Source of the DNA: Bispira polyomma
Taxonomy: Eukaryota
DNA: 64,000 bases
Assembly: GCA_965649765.1 (NCBI GenBank)
Contig: OZ287750.1
Location: 49,662,001-49,726,000 of the forward strand
Direction: 5' to 3'
In this document: positions 49,856 to 61,200 of the stretch, piece by piece
Layout: each line of letters opens with the position of its first letter
Position numbering within the stretch: position 1 is the first letter of the stretch
The notes under the pieces: model-generated
Seen by the model: the letters and a program-made list of their open reading frames with translations, nothing else
Database searches by the model: none
What the model was told of the DNA's origin: nothing
Translations under genes and position numbers: made by a program

Positions 49856-51301
49856 GAGGTTGTTCTTTTTATTTAAATTATGAAAGGGTTCCTACACAAC
49901 CATGCATGTCATTTATAAGATGGCACTCAGAGGTAATTAAGTTAAAAACATGAGACAACTAGATTGTGTAGTCCTATTGACCATTCAGTTTCATAATTAT
50001 AAGCAAGAGGATGCTTGTTTTAATAAAATATGATCTACAAGTTAATATTTTTATAAATTTCATCACTCTTCAGACCTGTCACTCTTTAATAAAGTTTTAT
50101 CAATTTATAGATAAATTAACTGCGGACCTTGTTTGTTATATAGTCTGTGGCTGATATGGTGAATCGCTGATACATACCTTGGAAGTAAAGCACATGTATA
50201 TGCAAATTACGCAATTAACTCAGAAAGCACCCAACTTCCATAGGAGGATATTTAACTGTCTCTGACCTTTGACTCGGCAAGGATCAACATAAATATATAT
50301 ATATTGTACATATATTACTACTCGACAAGCTATTATGACATAAACTCAAAGCTAGGTGGTTAAAAAGATCACTAATATAATCTGTAGTTGGGTAAGTCCC
50401 GAGTATAATTAAAAGACCTATTTGTACCCTTGATATACTAATCCATTTAATTGCTATTAAGATCAAAGCAACACCCTCTACTTTTACAGTTAGCTCATTA
50501 AAGAGATCACCAATATAATCTGTAGTTGGGTTAGTGCCGAGTATTAATAAAAGACCTATTTACCCCCTTGATATACTAATCCATTTAAAGCAATACCTTG
50601 TTTCAAGCAATAATTAACAATACAGATATGGTTAAAGAATGGAATCAAACTGATTTGTACATATTAAAATAATAACATTATTAAATTTTATCTACATTCC
50701 ATGACCTGGACTGTTTAATGTACACTCTCCACAATATACTCATTAAATCTATACATTCCATGGATGTCAGCTGTTGAATGTACACATTCAATGACTAGCC
50801 TGTGGTATGTACACATTCAACAGATGAGCAATTGAATGTATACATTCAATGGTTATCTACTTTCAATACAACATATACATTCAATGGATATCTACTTTCA
50901 ATATAACATTTTTCTGTACATATAACTTTAAAGGAAGCAATTATATTTAAATGGGCAGTATATAGAATATGCGGAAGACGTCTTTTTTATCAATAGCTTT
51001 TTGTTCTGGCTCATCATTGTTCTATTTTTTTAAAATTCTCTTATTTCTATTGACATTGATGGAGAAAAAATACCGCCCAAATATATCAGGGACCATGTTG
51101 CTTTTAAGGCAATATATTTTAAGGGACCCGATTGATAAGCCCTCTTCTTATATATCGGGGGCCAGTTCTATACCACTTCGTAATTCTAATTTAAAATAAA
51201 GTTTAAATATTTCAACTGTGACTCTGCGATTTTAGGGATTTTCAGAATCTCCCGCAAAGGAATTCCGAGTTTTAGAGACCACCCAAAATTTCTGCCGCTG
51301 A

Positions 51302-51309
51302 CCGCGAAA
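51302..51309 (-). promoter_or_regulatory. E2F-type site TTTCGCGG in the CENPS proximal promoter/5' UTR
   Basis: ccgcgaaa ~45 nt upstream of the ATG in a CpG-enriched patch; a second weak site tcccgcaaa at ~51250. Confidence 0.5.
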
Positions 51310-51351
51310 TACAAATTAATAATCATTTTATGTTGTTTGTTTCTAAAAATT

Positions 51352-54300
51352 ATGCCTCTTACGACACCAGATGACGATATCGAAAACTTGGCACATACTC
51401 AGGTTGTAAATTTTAACAACATTTCAGATTTAGAGCTGTAGTGTAATATTATTTCTTATTATCGCCCATGTTTACATTTTCTCGCTTCTGCGTCGATGAT
51501 ATTATTTTCGGTATATACTATACCTCGAAATTGCCGCCCTATTCCAGCCGTCCTGGAACAGGGCGGCAACTTGATAACGGTGCAACATGAAGAATGAATT
51601 GTATAAATGGATGTGTCTATCTAAATACTTCCTCCAAAAATTTCGTTTTGGTATCACTATAAAGCTCTTATAATGTATGTTGTGATAGGTTTCACTAATT
51701 ATAATTTAAATAAAATGCTGATGAAAATATAGTTGAATTTGGTTTGTACATTTAAAATTGCTCTTATTCTAACCTCCAGTCTAACCTGCCACCCTCTAAA
51801 GAGGCATAGCTCTATTCCAACTCACATTCCAACCTGCCTCCCTGTAGAGAAGTATATCCCCATTCCAACTCTCATTCTAACCCCTATGCCAACTAGCCGC
51901 CCTGTAGAGAAGTTCAACTCCATTACAACTCCCAATCCAACCTTCAGTACAGTCTGCCTCCCTGTAGAAAAAGTATATTTCCATTCCAACTCTCTTTCCA
52001 ACCCCCATTCCAACCTGCCGCCCTGTATAGAAGTATATCTCCATTCCAACTCTCTTTCAAACCCATATTCCAACCTGCCGCCCTGTAGAAAAGTGTATCT
52101 CCATTCCAACTCTCATTCCAAAAAAAAAATATATTCTATAATAGCTGAGACTTTCCAAGTTAAAATTTGGCCGTTTTCGTCATAAAGCCGTTTTCGCCAT
52201 TCAGGGTGACCCTATTTTCGGCATATTATGTTAGAGGTATCGAGACAGTTAATTCAGCATTTCGAGTTTGCAATGTAAAATAGTTAACTAAAACAGATCA
52301 CATATTTACATTTTGTCAAATAAATTGTTAGAACACTCAATTATTGTAAAAATTAAATTATAACCAAAAAGCTCTCATTAAAACCTAAAAATGTTTACTA
52401 CGAAATGTTTAATATTACAGTAAATAATAGGAACATAGAACAACTGTGGTGTGTGTAACAAATACATGTATATGGATTAAAAATAGTTAAAACCAGGCTA
52501 AATACAAACAAATGAGTGTGAAAACCATAGCATATGCTTATATAGAGCAAGTTTTCTGTACCATCAGAAAAAAACCAAACATTTCGACGACAGAAAACTT
52601 GGTCTAATGGTCATAATACCTGCACTACTACCGTCACACGCTGACGATTCTAAATTACTTTGCCTTTCGAACTGTTATTGTAAATTTTACCTAATACAGC
52701 ATGAATGAAGCAATAAACTCCTTTTTTTTCCTGTTTTAGTTTTAAGATATAAGGTATAGATATAAGGTAATATATGTTGACGGTTCTTGCTGAGTCAAAG
52801 ATCAAAGAAACTCTCAGGGATTTCCGTTAATTGCTTCCTTCTGAAGACAGTCAACAAATATCCTTATATGATAGCTTTGGTGCTTTTTATCTCTGTCGGT
52901 AAAATAAAATGACGGTCAGTAAAATAATAAAATTTACAAAAATATATTAATGTATGTTATACAGTAGACTCTGCATAAGTAGAACCAGTGTAAGTCAGAT
53001 TTAGGTCTAAGTGGAACCAGTTTTGAGGTCCCAGCATCAGAAAATGCTGTATTATTGTAGGTATAAATGGAAGTTAGCTATAACTAGAACCAAATCCTGT
53101 GCATATTAGAGGTTCTAGTTATTCAGAGTCTACTGTATTATATCCCTAATATACTGCACTGTATATATTTTCATTATTAAAATATTAACTTTTATATCTA
53201 AATCTAAAAATCGTGGATTTCATATAAAACGTAAGTAAATACAATACAAAAATGGCTACCCATCTTTAAAGTTAAATATCTCCACCGTTTCTCAACGGAT
53301 TTTAATGCAATAAAAAGGACAATAACCACAATAAAACAAAAATTTTGTCATGGGCTTGTTTAACGGTAAAAAGGTTAAAAATAACAAAAATTTAACAAGT
53401 TGTGGCGCTGGCTTCAGGCTACCTTTAGCCTCGGCTTCTTAGTAAAAATAAATAGATGGTCGATCTAAATTTCAAAGTCGCGAGGTGAAGAGAATTAAAT
53501 TTTAAACTTAAGTCAATGTTGAAATATTGCTCTATCAATTTAATATTTACCCTTAGTTGATAAAAACTTAGCTGCTAAGTACCAACAATGGTTGCAAGTT
53601 GCATATTGAATTTTTTCTCATGATTTATTTTTCAGCGTTTGAAAGCTGCAGTTCATTATACAGTTGGCAGGATTTGTGAAGAAGGGAGTGAGGAGAAGGA
53701 GTATGAATACTCCAAACAGTTTGTTGCTGTTCTTTCAGAAACTACCTTTAAGTATATAAGCAGCATGGCCCAGGACTTGGAACTTTTTGCCAAGTATGTG
53801 TGTTTTCAGTTATATCATGTCGCCATTTGATAAATATATATTTAATGACACTAGTGTACATGTGGTCCTACATATTGGAACTTCTGCTATCTATTCTCAT
53901 ATCCATTGAATGTTGATTTATTTTGAAGATCTTACTCATCATTATCAGATAAAGCTTCACAAAATATATATTACAATACTTAATCTTTCTATCAGATATA
54001 TTACAAATATAATAAACTAATTTGCAGGTAAACTGAAGCAGTGATAGACCTTAATGAATAGTCCTTCAACTAAATTAATATATTTGTGCACAGTAATTTC
54101 TAAATTGAAGATCAATAAAAGGTGCCAAACTATGATTTTTGTTTTCAGGCATGCAAAAAGAAACACTGTGAATCCAGATGATGTGAAGTTACTCATTAGA
54201 AAAAGTCCAAAACTGGTAAGTACTTGTATATTTTCGTTAATTATAGTGTTACTTTGTCAACATATTTCCTCATATTATTACTCATATTTCTGTTAATTAT

Positions 54301-54591
54301 AGTGTTACTTTGTTGACATTGTATTCTTGAAAAACTAACTTTCTAGTCGTACACATGTATATATTATAATGAAAACTGTGTGATCTCAGTATACATCTTT
54401 TGAATTTTTGAAGTAATGTCTTAATTTGTTTTATGTGATTCCAGCATGAATATTTGAAAGAATATGGAGACCAAGTGAGTGCAGAATTAGAGGAAAAGAA
54501 AAAGAGTAGACAGAAAAAAAAAATGACTAAAAAGCAAACTGATGGTACAGTAGTCACTGTAGATGATTCGTCCAATATGTCTGAGACATGA
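51352..54591 (+). CDS. CENPS: Centromere protein S / MHF1 (histone fold), 140 aa; join(51352..51402,53636..53793,54149..54215,54445..54591)
   Basis: MPLTTPDDDIENLAHTQ|RLKAAVHYTVGRICEE...FVAVLSETTF...AQDLELFAK|HAKRNTVNPDDVKLLIRKSPKL|HEYLKE...basic tail. All introns GT-AG with consistent phases (423 bp total). AATAAA at 54711. Confidence 0.95.
51770..52120. repeat. ~60-bp minisatellite in CENPS intron 1 (~6 units)
   Basis: ccaacctgccgccctgtagaaaagtatatctccattccaactctc... repeated. Confidence 0.9.
52962..53135. mobile_element. Tc1/mariner-pogo type MITE (TA TSD, 25-bp TIR)
   Basis: ta|cagtagactctgcataagtagaacc ... ggttctagttattcagagtctactg|ta. Confidence 0.88.
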
Positions 54592-54749
54592 TATCACTGC
54601 CATTGCTCTTTATTATATATTCTGTATATCTAGAAGTATTTGGAGGAATCACAATTAAGGCTTCCAAGTTTTTCATATACTGAGTCTTTTAAATTTGTAA
54701 CTGAACATATAATAAAGCAGGATTATCGATAGAGGGGTCACAATTGTCT

Positions 54750-54958
54750 AATGATTAAAAGTGCCTGCTACACAATCACTGGCCTCTCACCACTGTGGAT
54801 TCGAATTGCAATTGTTCCTTCATGTGGTAAAGTTTGTTGAATACCTGCTGTAAGTCGGTGATTTACAGTGCTCCAGCACTGGTTTCCTCTTTGTTGACTC
54901 TGGCCATTGTGATCTGACCTGAGCTGTTGAAACTGACGTAAAATTACCAATTGAAATT
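54750..54958 (+). mobile_element. tRNA-derived SINE (V-type), decayed
   Basis: aatcactggcctctcacc...ggattcgaatt...ctggtttcctc...gctgttgaaactgacgtaaaa. Confidence 0.7.
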
Positions 54959-55651
54959 ATATACACAACATACAAGTCTAATTCACTATGTTAAACATAA
55001 AACTCGAAAAGTTTTTGGGACTCAACTTTGCAGGATTGGTCGAAGCCTGTGGACTACATTATATTTTGGGAACTGATGGCTTCACTGAAAGATTAAGATA
55101 TATAATTTCAGTTGAAGTCTGTGCAACTGGTGTAGGTTACAACAGCAACTTTCAGAGGGATGCGATAACATGTCTGATTAAGCAATAAATGTTACTCAAA
55201 ACTGGTCGTTGATTTGTTTAAAATCAGAGGCAAATCAAGAAATATATTTATTTTGTAAAATATTTGTCTTTCATGCTGTATAACTGTTATGGTGTTCATA
55301 AATGAATTCATTTTGTTGTTATTGTAGCAACTTATAAACTTTATGAACATTCTCATTATAATGTTCTGCATTTCCCCATATAGTTTATCCTTAACAGATA
55401 TATTTCTGGTAATTTTTAAGTGTTAAAGTTATAGTCTGTTGTATCAACAGTCACCCACAACTTCATTGTGGTAAACTACAGTGGAACCAGTCATTTCAGC
55501 ATGGTTGTAAAGCAAGATTTTATTTGGATCATAAAAACAGCATTTCTGTAGAACACTAGAAGATATAAGTTTAGGAGAGTAGAAAATGTGTTTGTAAAAT
55601 TGAAAGCTTGGGACAACAGAAGTAGGAATTGTGACTACCAAGATAACGTCC

Positions 55652-56920
55652 AACAAGTGCGGTTATAGACCCCAAAAAGGTGTGTTGCCCAATTAGTATC
55701 GAGGATAGGGTCCAGCAACAAATTTCAAATTTATTATTTGTTTGTATAGATTTTTATTTATTTTTCCATGAAGGGCGGCCATCTTGTTTTTTTGGAATGG
55801 GCCCAAATGCAATTCCAACCAAGCTATTGACATGATACACCTCCTTAACATATTCGGTTATGATAGCTACAATACTTTTACTTTAAATGTCCGGAAACTG
55901 TTTTCAAGATGGCGAATTCCAACCAAGCTATTGGCATGATACACCTCCACTCAAATTTGGTGATGATAGCTGCAATACTATTCCTTTAAATGTCCGAAAA
56001 CCGTTTTCAAGATGGCGACCGTAGAGGCCATCTTGTTTTTCAGAATGGGCCCAAATGCAATACCAACCAAGCTATTGACATGATACACCTCCACAACAAA
56101 TTTAGTGATGATAGCTGCAATACTTCCCTTTTAAGTATCCGAAAACCGTTTTCAAAATGAAGGCTGTGGCAGCCATCTTGTTTTTTGGAATGGGCCCAAA
56201 TGCAATCCCAACCAAGCTATTAACATGATACACCTCCACAACAAATTTCGTAATGATAGCTGTAATACTTTTCCTTTAAATGTCCGAAAACCGTTTTCAG
56301 AAAGGCGGCCATGGTGGCCATCTTGTTTTGGAATTGGGCCCAAATACAATCCCAACTAAGCTATTGACATGATACACCTCCACAACAAATTTGGTGATGA
56401 TAGCTGCAATACTTTTCCTTTAAATGTCTGGAAACAGTTTTCAAGACGGCGGCCATGTTGTTTTTTTGAATGGGCCCAAATACAAACCCAATCAAGCTAT
56501 TGACATGATACACCTCCACAACAAATTTGGTGATGATAGCTGCAATACTTTTCCTTTAAATGTCTGGAAACCGTTTTTAAGATGGCGGCCTTTGCGGTCA
56601 TCTTGTTTTTTGGAATGGGCCCAAATGCAATCCCAACCAAGCTATTGACATGATACACCTCCACAACAAATTCGGTGATGATAGCTGCAATACTTTTCCT
56701 TTAAATGTCGGAAACCGTTTTTAAGAAGGCGGCCGTGGCGGCCATCATAACGGGCCCTAATGCAATCCCAACTAAGCTTTGACATGATACACCTGCACAA
56801 CAAATTTGGTGATGATACCTGCAATACTTTTCCTTTAAATGTCTGGAAACAAAAATGTTGACGGACGTCCGACACTTTAATCTAATAGGCCCATTGGTTA
56901 CACTCAATCCGCCCAAAAAT
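55652..56920. mobile_element. HINE/pearl-type Helentron derivative with an internal ~144-bp tandem array (~8 units, 55770-56850)
   Basis: 5' aacaagtgcgg. Marker atgatacacct at 55832, 55937, 56080, 56225, 56369, 56505, 56650 and 56784. gacggacg microsatellite, 3' imperfect palindrome and aaaa. Confidence 0.8.
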
Positions 56921-58245
56921 CTTTTGCATATATTATAATCGGTATTAGGATATATTAACACCAGACCCAAAAGCAAATACCTTTTTAAGGGATGCTTAAT
57001 AATTTTATATTTCACCTAAGACACTCCATCAAGTGAATAATTCCCTTCTCAAATACGCACCAAAATTATTGGATTCTTCTGTGGCTCAGTAGGTTGAGTA
57101 GGTTTCGTGTCATCCTGGTAAAAAAAAAACACTCTCCTTGGTGGAAGTATTACATTTGGCACGTTCTGTTTAGCTTTCCTGACTGTGTAATTTGAATATT
57201 TTGCCAGTCCTAGCTCTTTCCAAGAGACCAAGGTATTACAAAAATAAGATAAATGTTGCATGGTTGTATTTATTACCGATTGTAATACTTTTTACAATAG
57301 TAATAACAAATTTAGTAACAATATTATAACAACATTTATTATCACAATAAAATATATGTAATGAACAAATTTTTCCAGTAACAATTTATACAACACAATT
57401 TTCTTAAACAACTTTTGAAGTTAAACTTGTAGAGAAAAAAATACTTTCTTGATGTCCGTACCACTTTAGTTTTATTTTTAACGAGGCTTCTTACTGCAGT
57501 TTTGTAGTCAAAAAACTCAATACAGTGAAGCTGTTAACAGTCGAGGTGGTCTGAAAACCTTCATTGAAGCCACTTGAAGTACATACTATCAACAAATACC
57601 TCCGGGTTACAAGAGAAAATTCTGCAGTTTACTGCAAAAGAATATGTACTTTTACCAAGCACAAGAATACCTTCTTTTCACAGTAATACTAACTACCTGT
57701 CAATACCACAATTCATGTAATTCTAGATCAAGTGTGGTATAATATCAAAAGTTACAACATAAACACAGCTGCACTGCCATTTGAGAAAACATTACTTTTA
57801 ACATACTAACTCCACCCACTGGTACAAATAACTCCAGAAATGCTTGTACACATGTTAATTAACAAAATACTCGCATGCAGAAATGCTTTTCTAACTTATT
57901 TGTTCATATATCTGAACATTCATAGAAATCGAACATGGAAAATGTTGGAAATTAAGATCTATCAAAAGCGATCAAAAACTTTTGAACATGTACCAAAACT
58001 CTTCAGGTTAGATAACTCGACTCAAGCTAAAATCTAAGGTGTCCCTAACTCTGGTGTATTTAAATTTATCATCAAAAGCTCTATTCAAACAAATGGTGAC
58101 CAGTACAGGTTATATCTATGTACAAGAATTGTACAAAATTTTCACCGGAGTTTAATCTTTTTGATAATACAGGCCCAGTACATGTAAAGAAATCTATCAA
58201 TAAGTTGACAACACAGTGAAGGTCACAGTACAAATTTCTACAGAT

Positions 58246-61200
58246 TTATTCAGTCTGCCATTCTTTAAAGAAGTCATTTCCTTTGTCATCTACAACTATA
58301 AATGCTGGGAAATCCTCTACTTCTACTCTCCAAATAGCCTCCATCCCTACAACAAAATTATACATTTAAAACCAGGTTTAAGCAGGTTTACAGTTGTTCA
58401 CTTACATGATACAACAAATAAGTAGTACTTTTTATTTTAGACTACCTGGCCTAGAGACTTTCGGAATAGGAACTAGATGGGACGCATCGTGTGCATGTAT
58501 CATTCCTTTATCATAGAAATGTTGATACATAAATTGTCTATCGATAGCATATTTCACCTTGGGGCAAGACTTGTACAAAATTTTAATGGTATTTTTAAGT
58601 TAATATGTTTTATTAATAAAAAAGAAACAATTTTAAGTCAATTCTTACTTGAAAACAATTTAGTGGTACAGACTACCTGTTTTGTTCGGGCAGATTTTGT
58701 CGTTTTGAAAAAAAAAATTCAGTTTCTTACCAAGTGTCGATATTGGCGGCTATTGAACTAATTACTCCGTGCGTAAATTACAAACTCTTTGGTTTTAGAT
58801 ATGTTAATAAATTCAAAAACTCTTCACTTGCAATTTTGTTCATCTTTGATTGTAAATTGAAACATGCAAATTCCTTATAATTTAATCCATGAGAACTGAA
58901 AATCACTGAATTAGTACAGAGTGAAAATTATGCAAAGTACCTAAGCATGAAATTTTGTGAAGAAATGTGCAGTTGTTTATATGGGCAGAAACTGTTTTAT
59001 GATAACTGCTACTGCGATCATCTTTTTTTGGTCTAATTGGGCCCCAAACAAAACCAATCCGAAGCGATCTATTCTCAGAATAAACCTATGTATAAAATTT
59101 GGAGAAAATAGCTGCAGTACTTTACCTTCAAAAAGCAAATTTGGACAGCAAAACCATAGTGATAAAAGAGCTTACCGAGCTCGGGATACTCCAATACTTC
59201 AACTTTCTTGATGCAGTGCTGAGCTAATACTGCTGCTGGACCACCAATAGAACCCAGGTAGAACCCTTTATGTTTCTTACACGCCTTTGTGACCTACAAA
59301 TACACAACTGCAAGGTGCAGCTTCCTACTGCAAAGACTACAAAATCCTCTGCTATTAGCTCGCTTAAATCAATCACTCTTGCTTCATATATTTACAGAAT
59401 ATTTTTCTGAGCAGTGCACATATAATAATGAAACTGAAAAATTTATGAAAAAGTCAAATGCCACATCAAGCATTATCATTGAGGAACTATAATTTGAATA
59501 AATCCGTATACACACAGATACAGTAAGTTATACTACAAATACCACAAGTATGCAGTGAACAAAAATCACAACAGTGTACAAATTATAGCCACACCTGTAT
59601 TTGTAAGATGACATGAAACCAATATGGACAAAATTAAGAAATTACCCAGAAACTAGAGAAGAAAGTTTTGTTTAATAATGGGTCATTTAAGGAAATACCA
59701 CAGTAGGCAGTCTTTATAATATGTAAATAAAGTCTGAGGGTTTATTTGGAGATTGAGGAACAGTTCTCTCATGTAAAGAACGGGTACCTGCCGGTGCTTG
59801 ACCAGCACCCATCCATTATTTCACCAAAAGCCTGTCCTTTAATTGACAAATAAGGTACACCCTTACAGACTTAATTCCTATACTTTTGAGAACATAATGA
59901 GTTTAAGCATAAAACTCCATTTAACTATAAACCCTGGAAATATACCATTTTGCTCCTGTTTCCTTTAGCTAACATCACCATACTGCCCCCTGCTTCTTGA
60001 AACTGGTCCACATAGGAATCCATTCTGCCTGCAGTAGTTGGACCAAAGGAACCACTGGCATAACCCTACAATTACACAGTAAAGCAATCGAGACTTCCGG
60101 CCAAAGTGTTACATTCCCAAACTAGATGTCACACTGGGCTCTCATATCCACTGTGACACCATCTCCTATATAATACATTAACTGACTACCTTTTTTTAAA
60201 TTCTAGACATTCCTACAAATGGCTACATGGTACAGAAATTGTTCCATAATTCCCATTCACAGGAATTGTTCCATAATTACCATTTACAATGTTTATAAAA
60301 GTGGTTAGCCCCAAGTCAACTAATATTTAAAATAGGTTTACTGGTTTCCAGATGAAAAAACAATACATTTTTATAATTTTACAAGTGGCATAAAAAAGTA
60401 CTAAAATTCATATCTTCACAAAACTTCTAGTCTTCTTTACAAAAATAATATCTTCTGTTATTTATTTCAAAGATACAATATTTGACGTGTTACACTTATA
60501 AGTTGCCATGGTCCGTTATTTCTGTGGATTTGACACAATGTGCAATTAGGTTACAATAGTCTCTCACTTGTGGAGTTTTTCTGTTTTAACTTAATCTACA
60601 ACTATACTACCAGTCTCCTACAACTCTACAGAAGGGACCTCAGTGGTGTAGAGGTAATACTCTCATCTCCCACCTCTGTGGTCATGGGTTTGAGTCTCAG
60701 TCATAACATGAACATGGGAAAGTTGGTAGTAGACTTGCTAACAGCCAATGGTCTGTGGTTCAGAAATTAACTACCCTCTGTTCTGCTTTCCTCTACTAAT
60801 AAACTGCCCATTGTAATATTACATTCAGTTGTTGAAAACCAAAATAAATCAATAAATCCCACCTCTGGGGTTTTGGCTGGACCAGCATAATAGACTGGAT
60901 GGTTCATCATGTATTCTGGCATCCCCTGGCCACTGTCCAGCCTCTCCTTGAGTTTAGCATGTGCTATATCTCTGGCCACCACTAAGGTACCGGACAAACT
61001 CAACCGTGTACGGATGGGGTATTTGCTCAGCTCGGCCAGCATATCCTTCATGGGTCTGTTCAGATCAACCTACAAATTCATGAGGGGTTCTATTAATCTA
61101 AGTTTAAACTTCGCATTCAAAAATAACTGTTTTTTCACAAAAATACATACAAAATGATTATTTAAATATATTTCCGACCAAGTATTCCTTAAGTAACTTT

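Noticed and set aside
51733-52185. 150-aa repetitive ORF
   Set aside because: Translation of a 60-bp intronic minisatellite.
56152-57015. Short ORFs in the 144-bp array
   Set aside because: Products of the tandem repeat; frames are not maintained between units.
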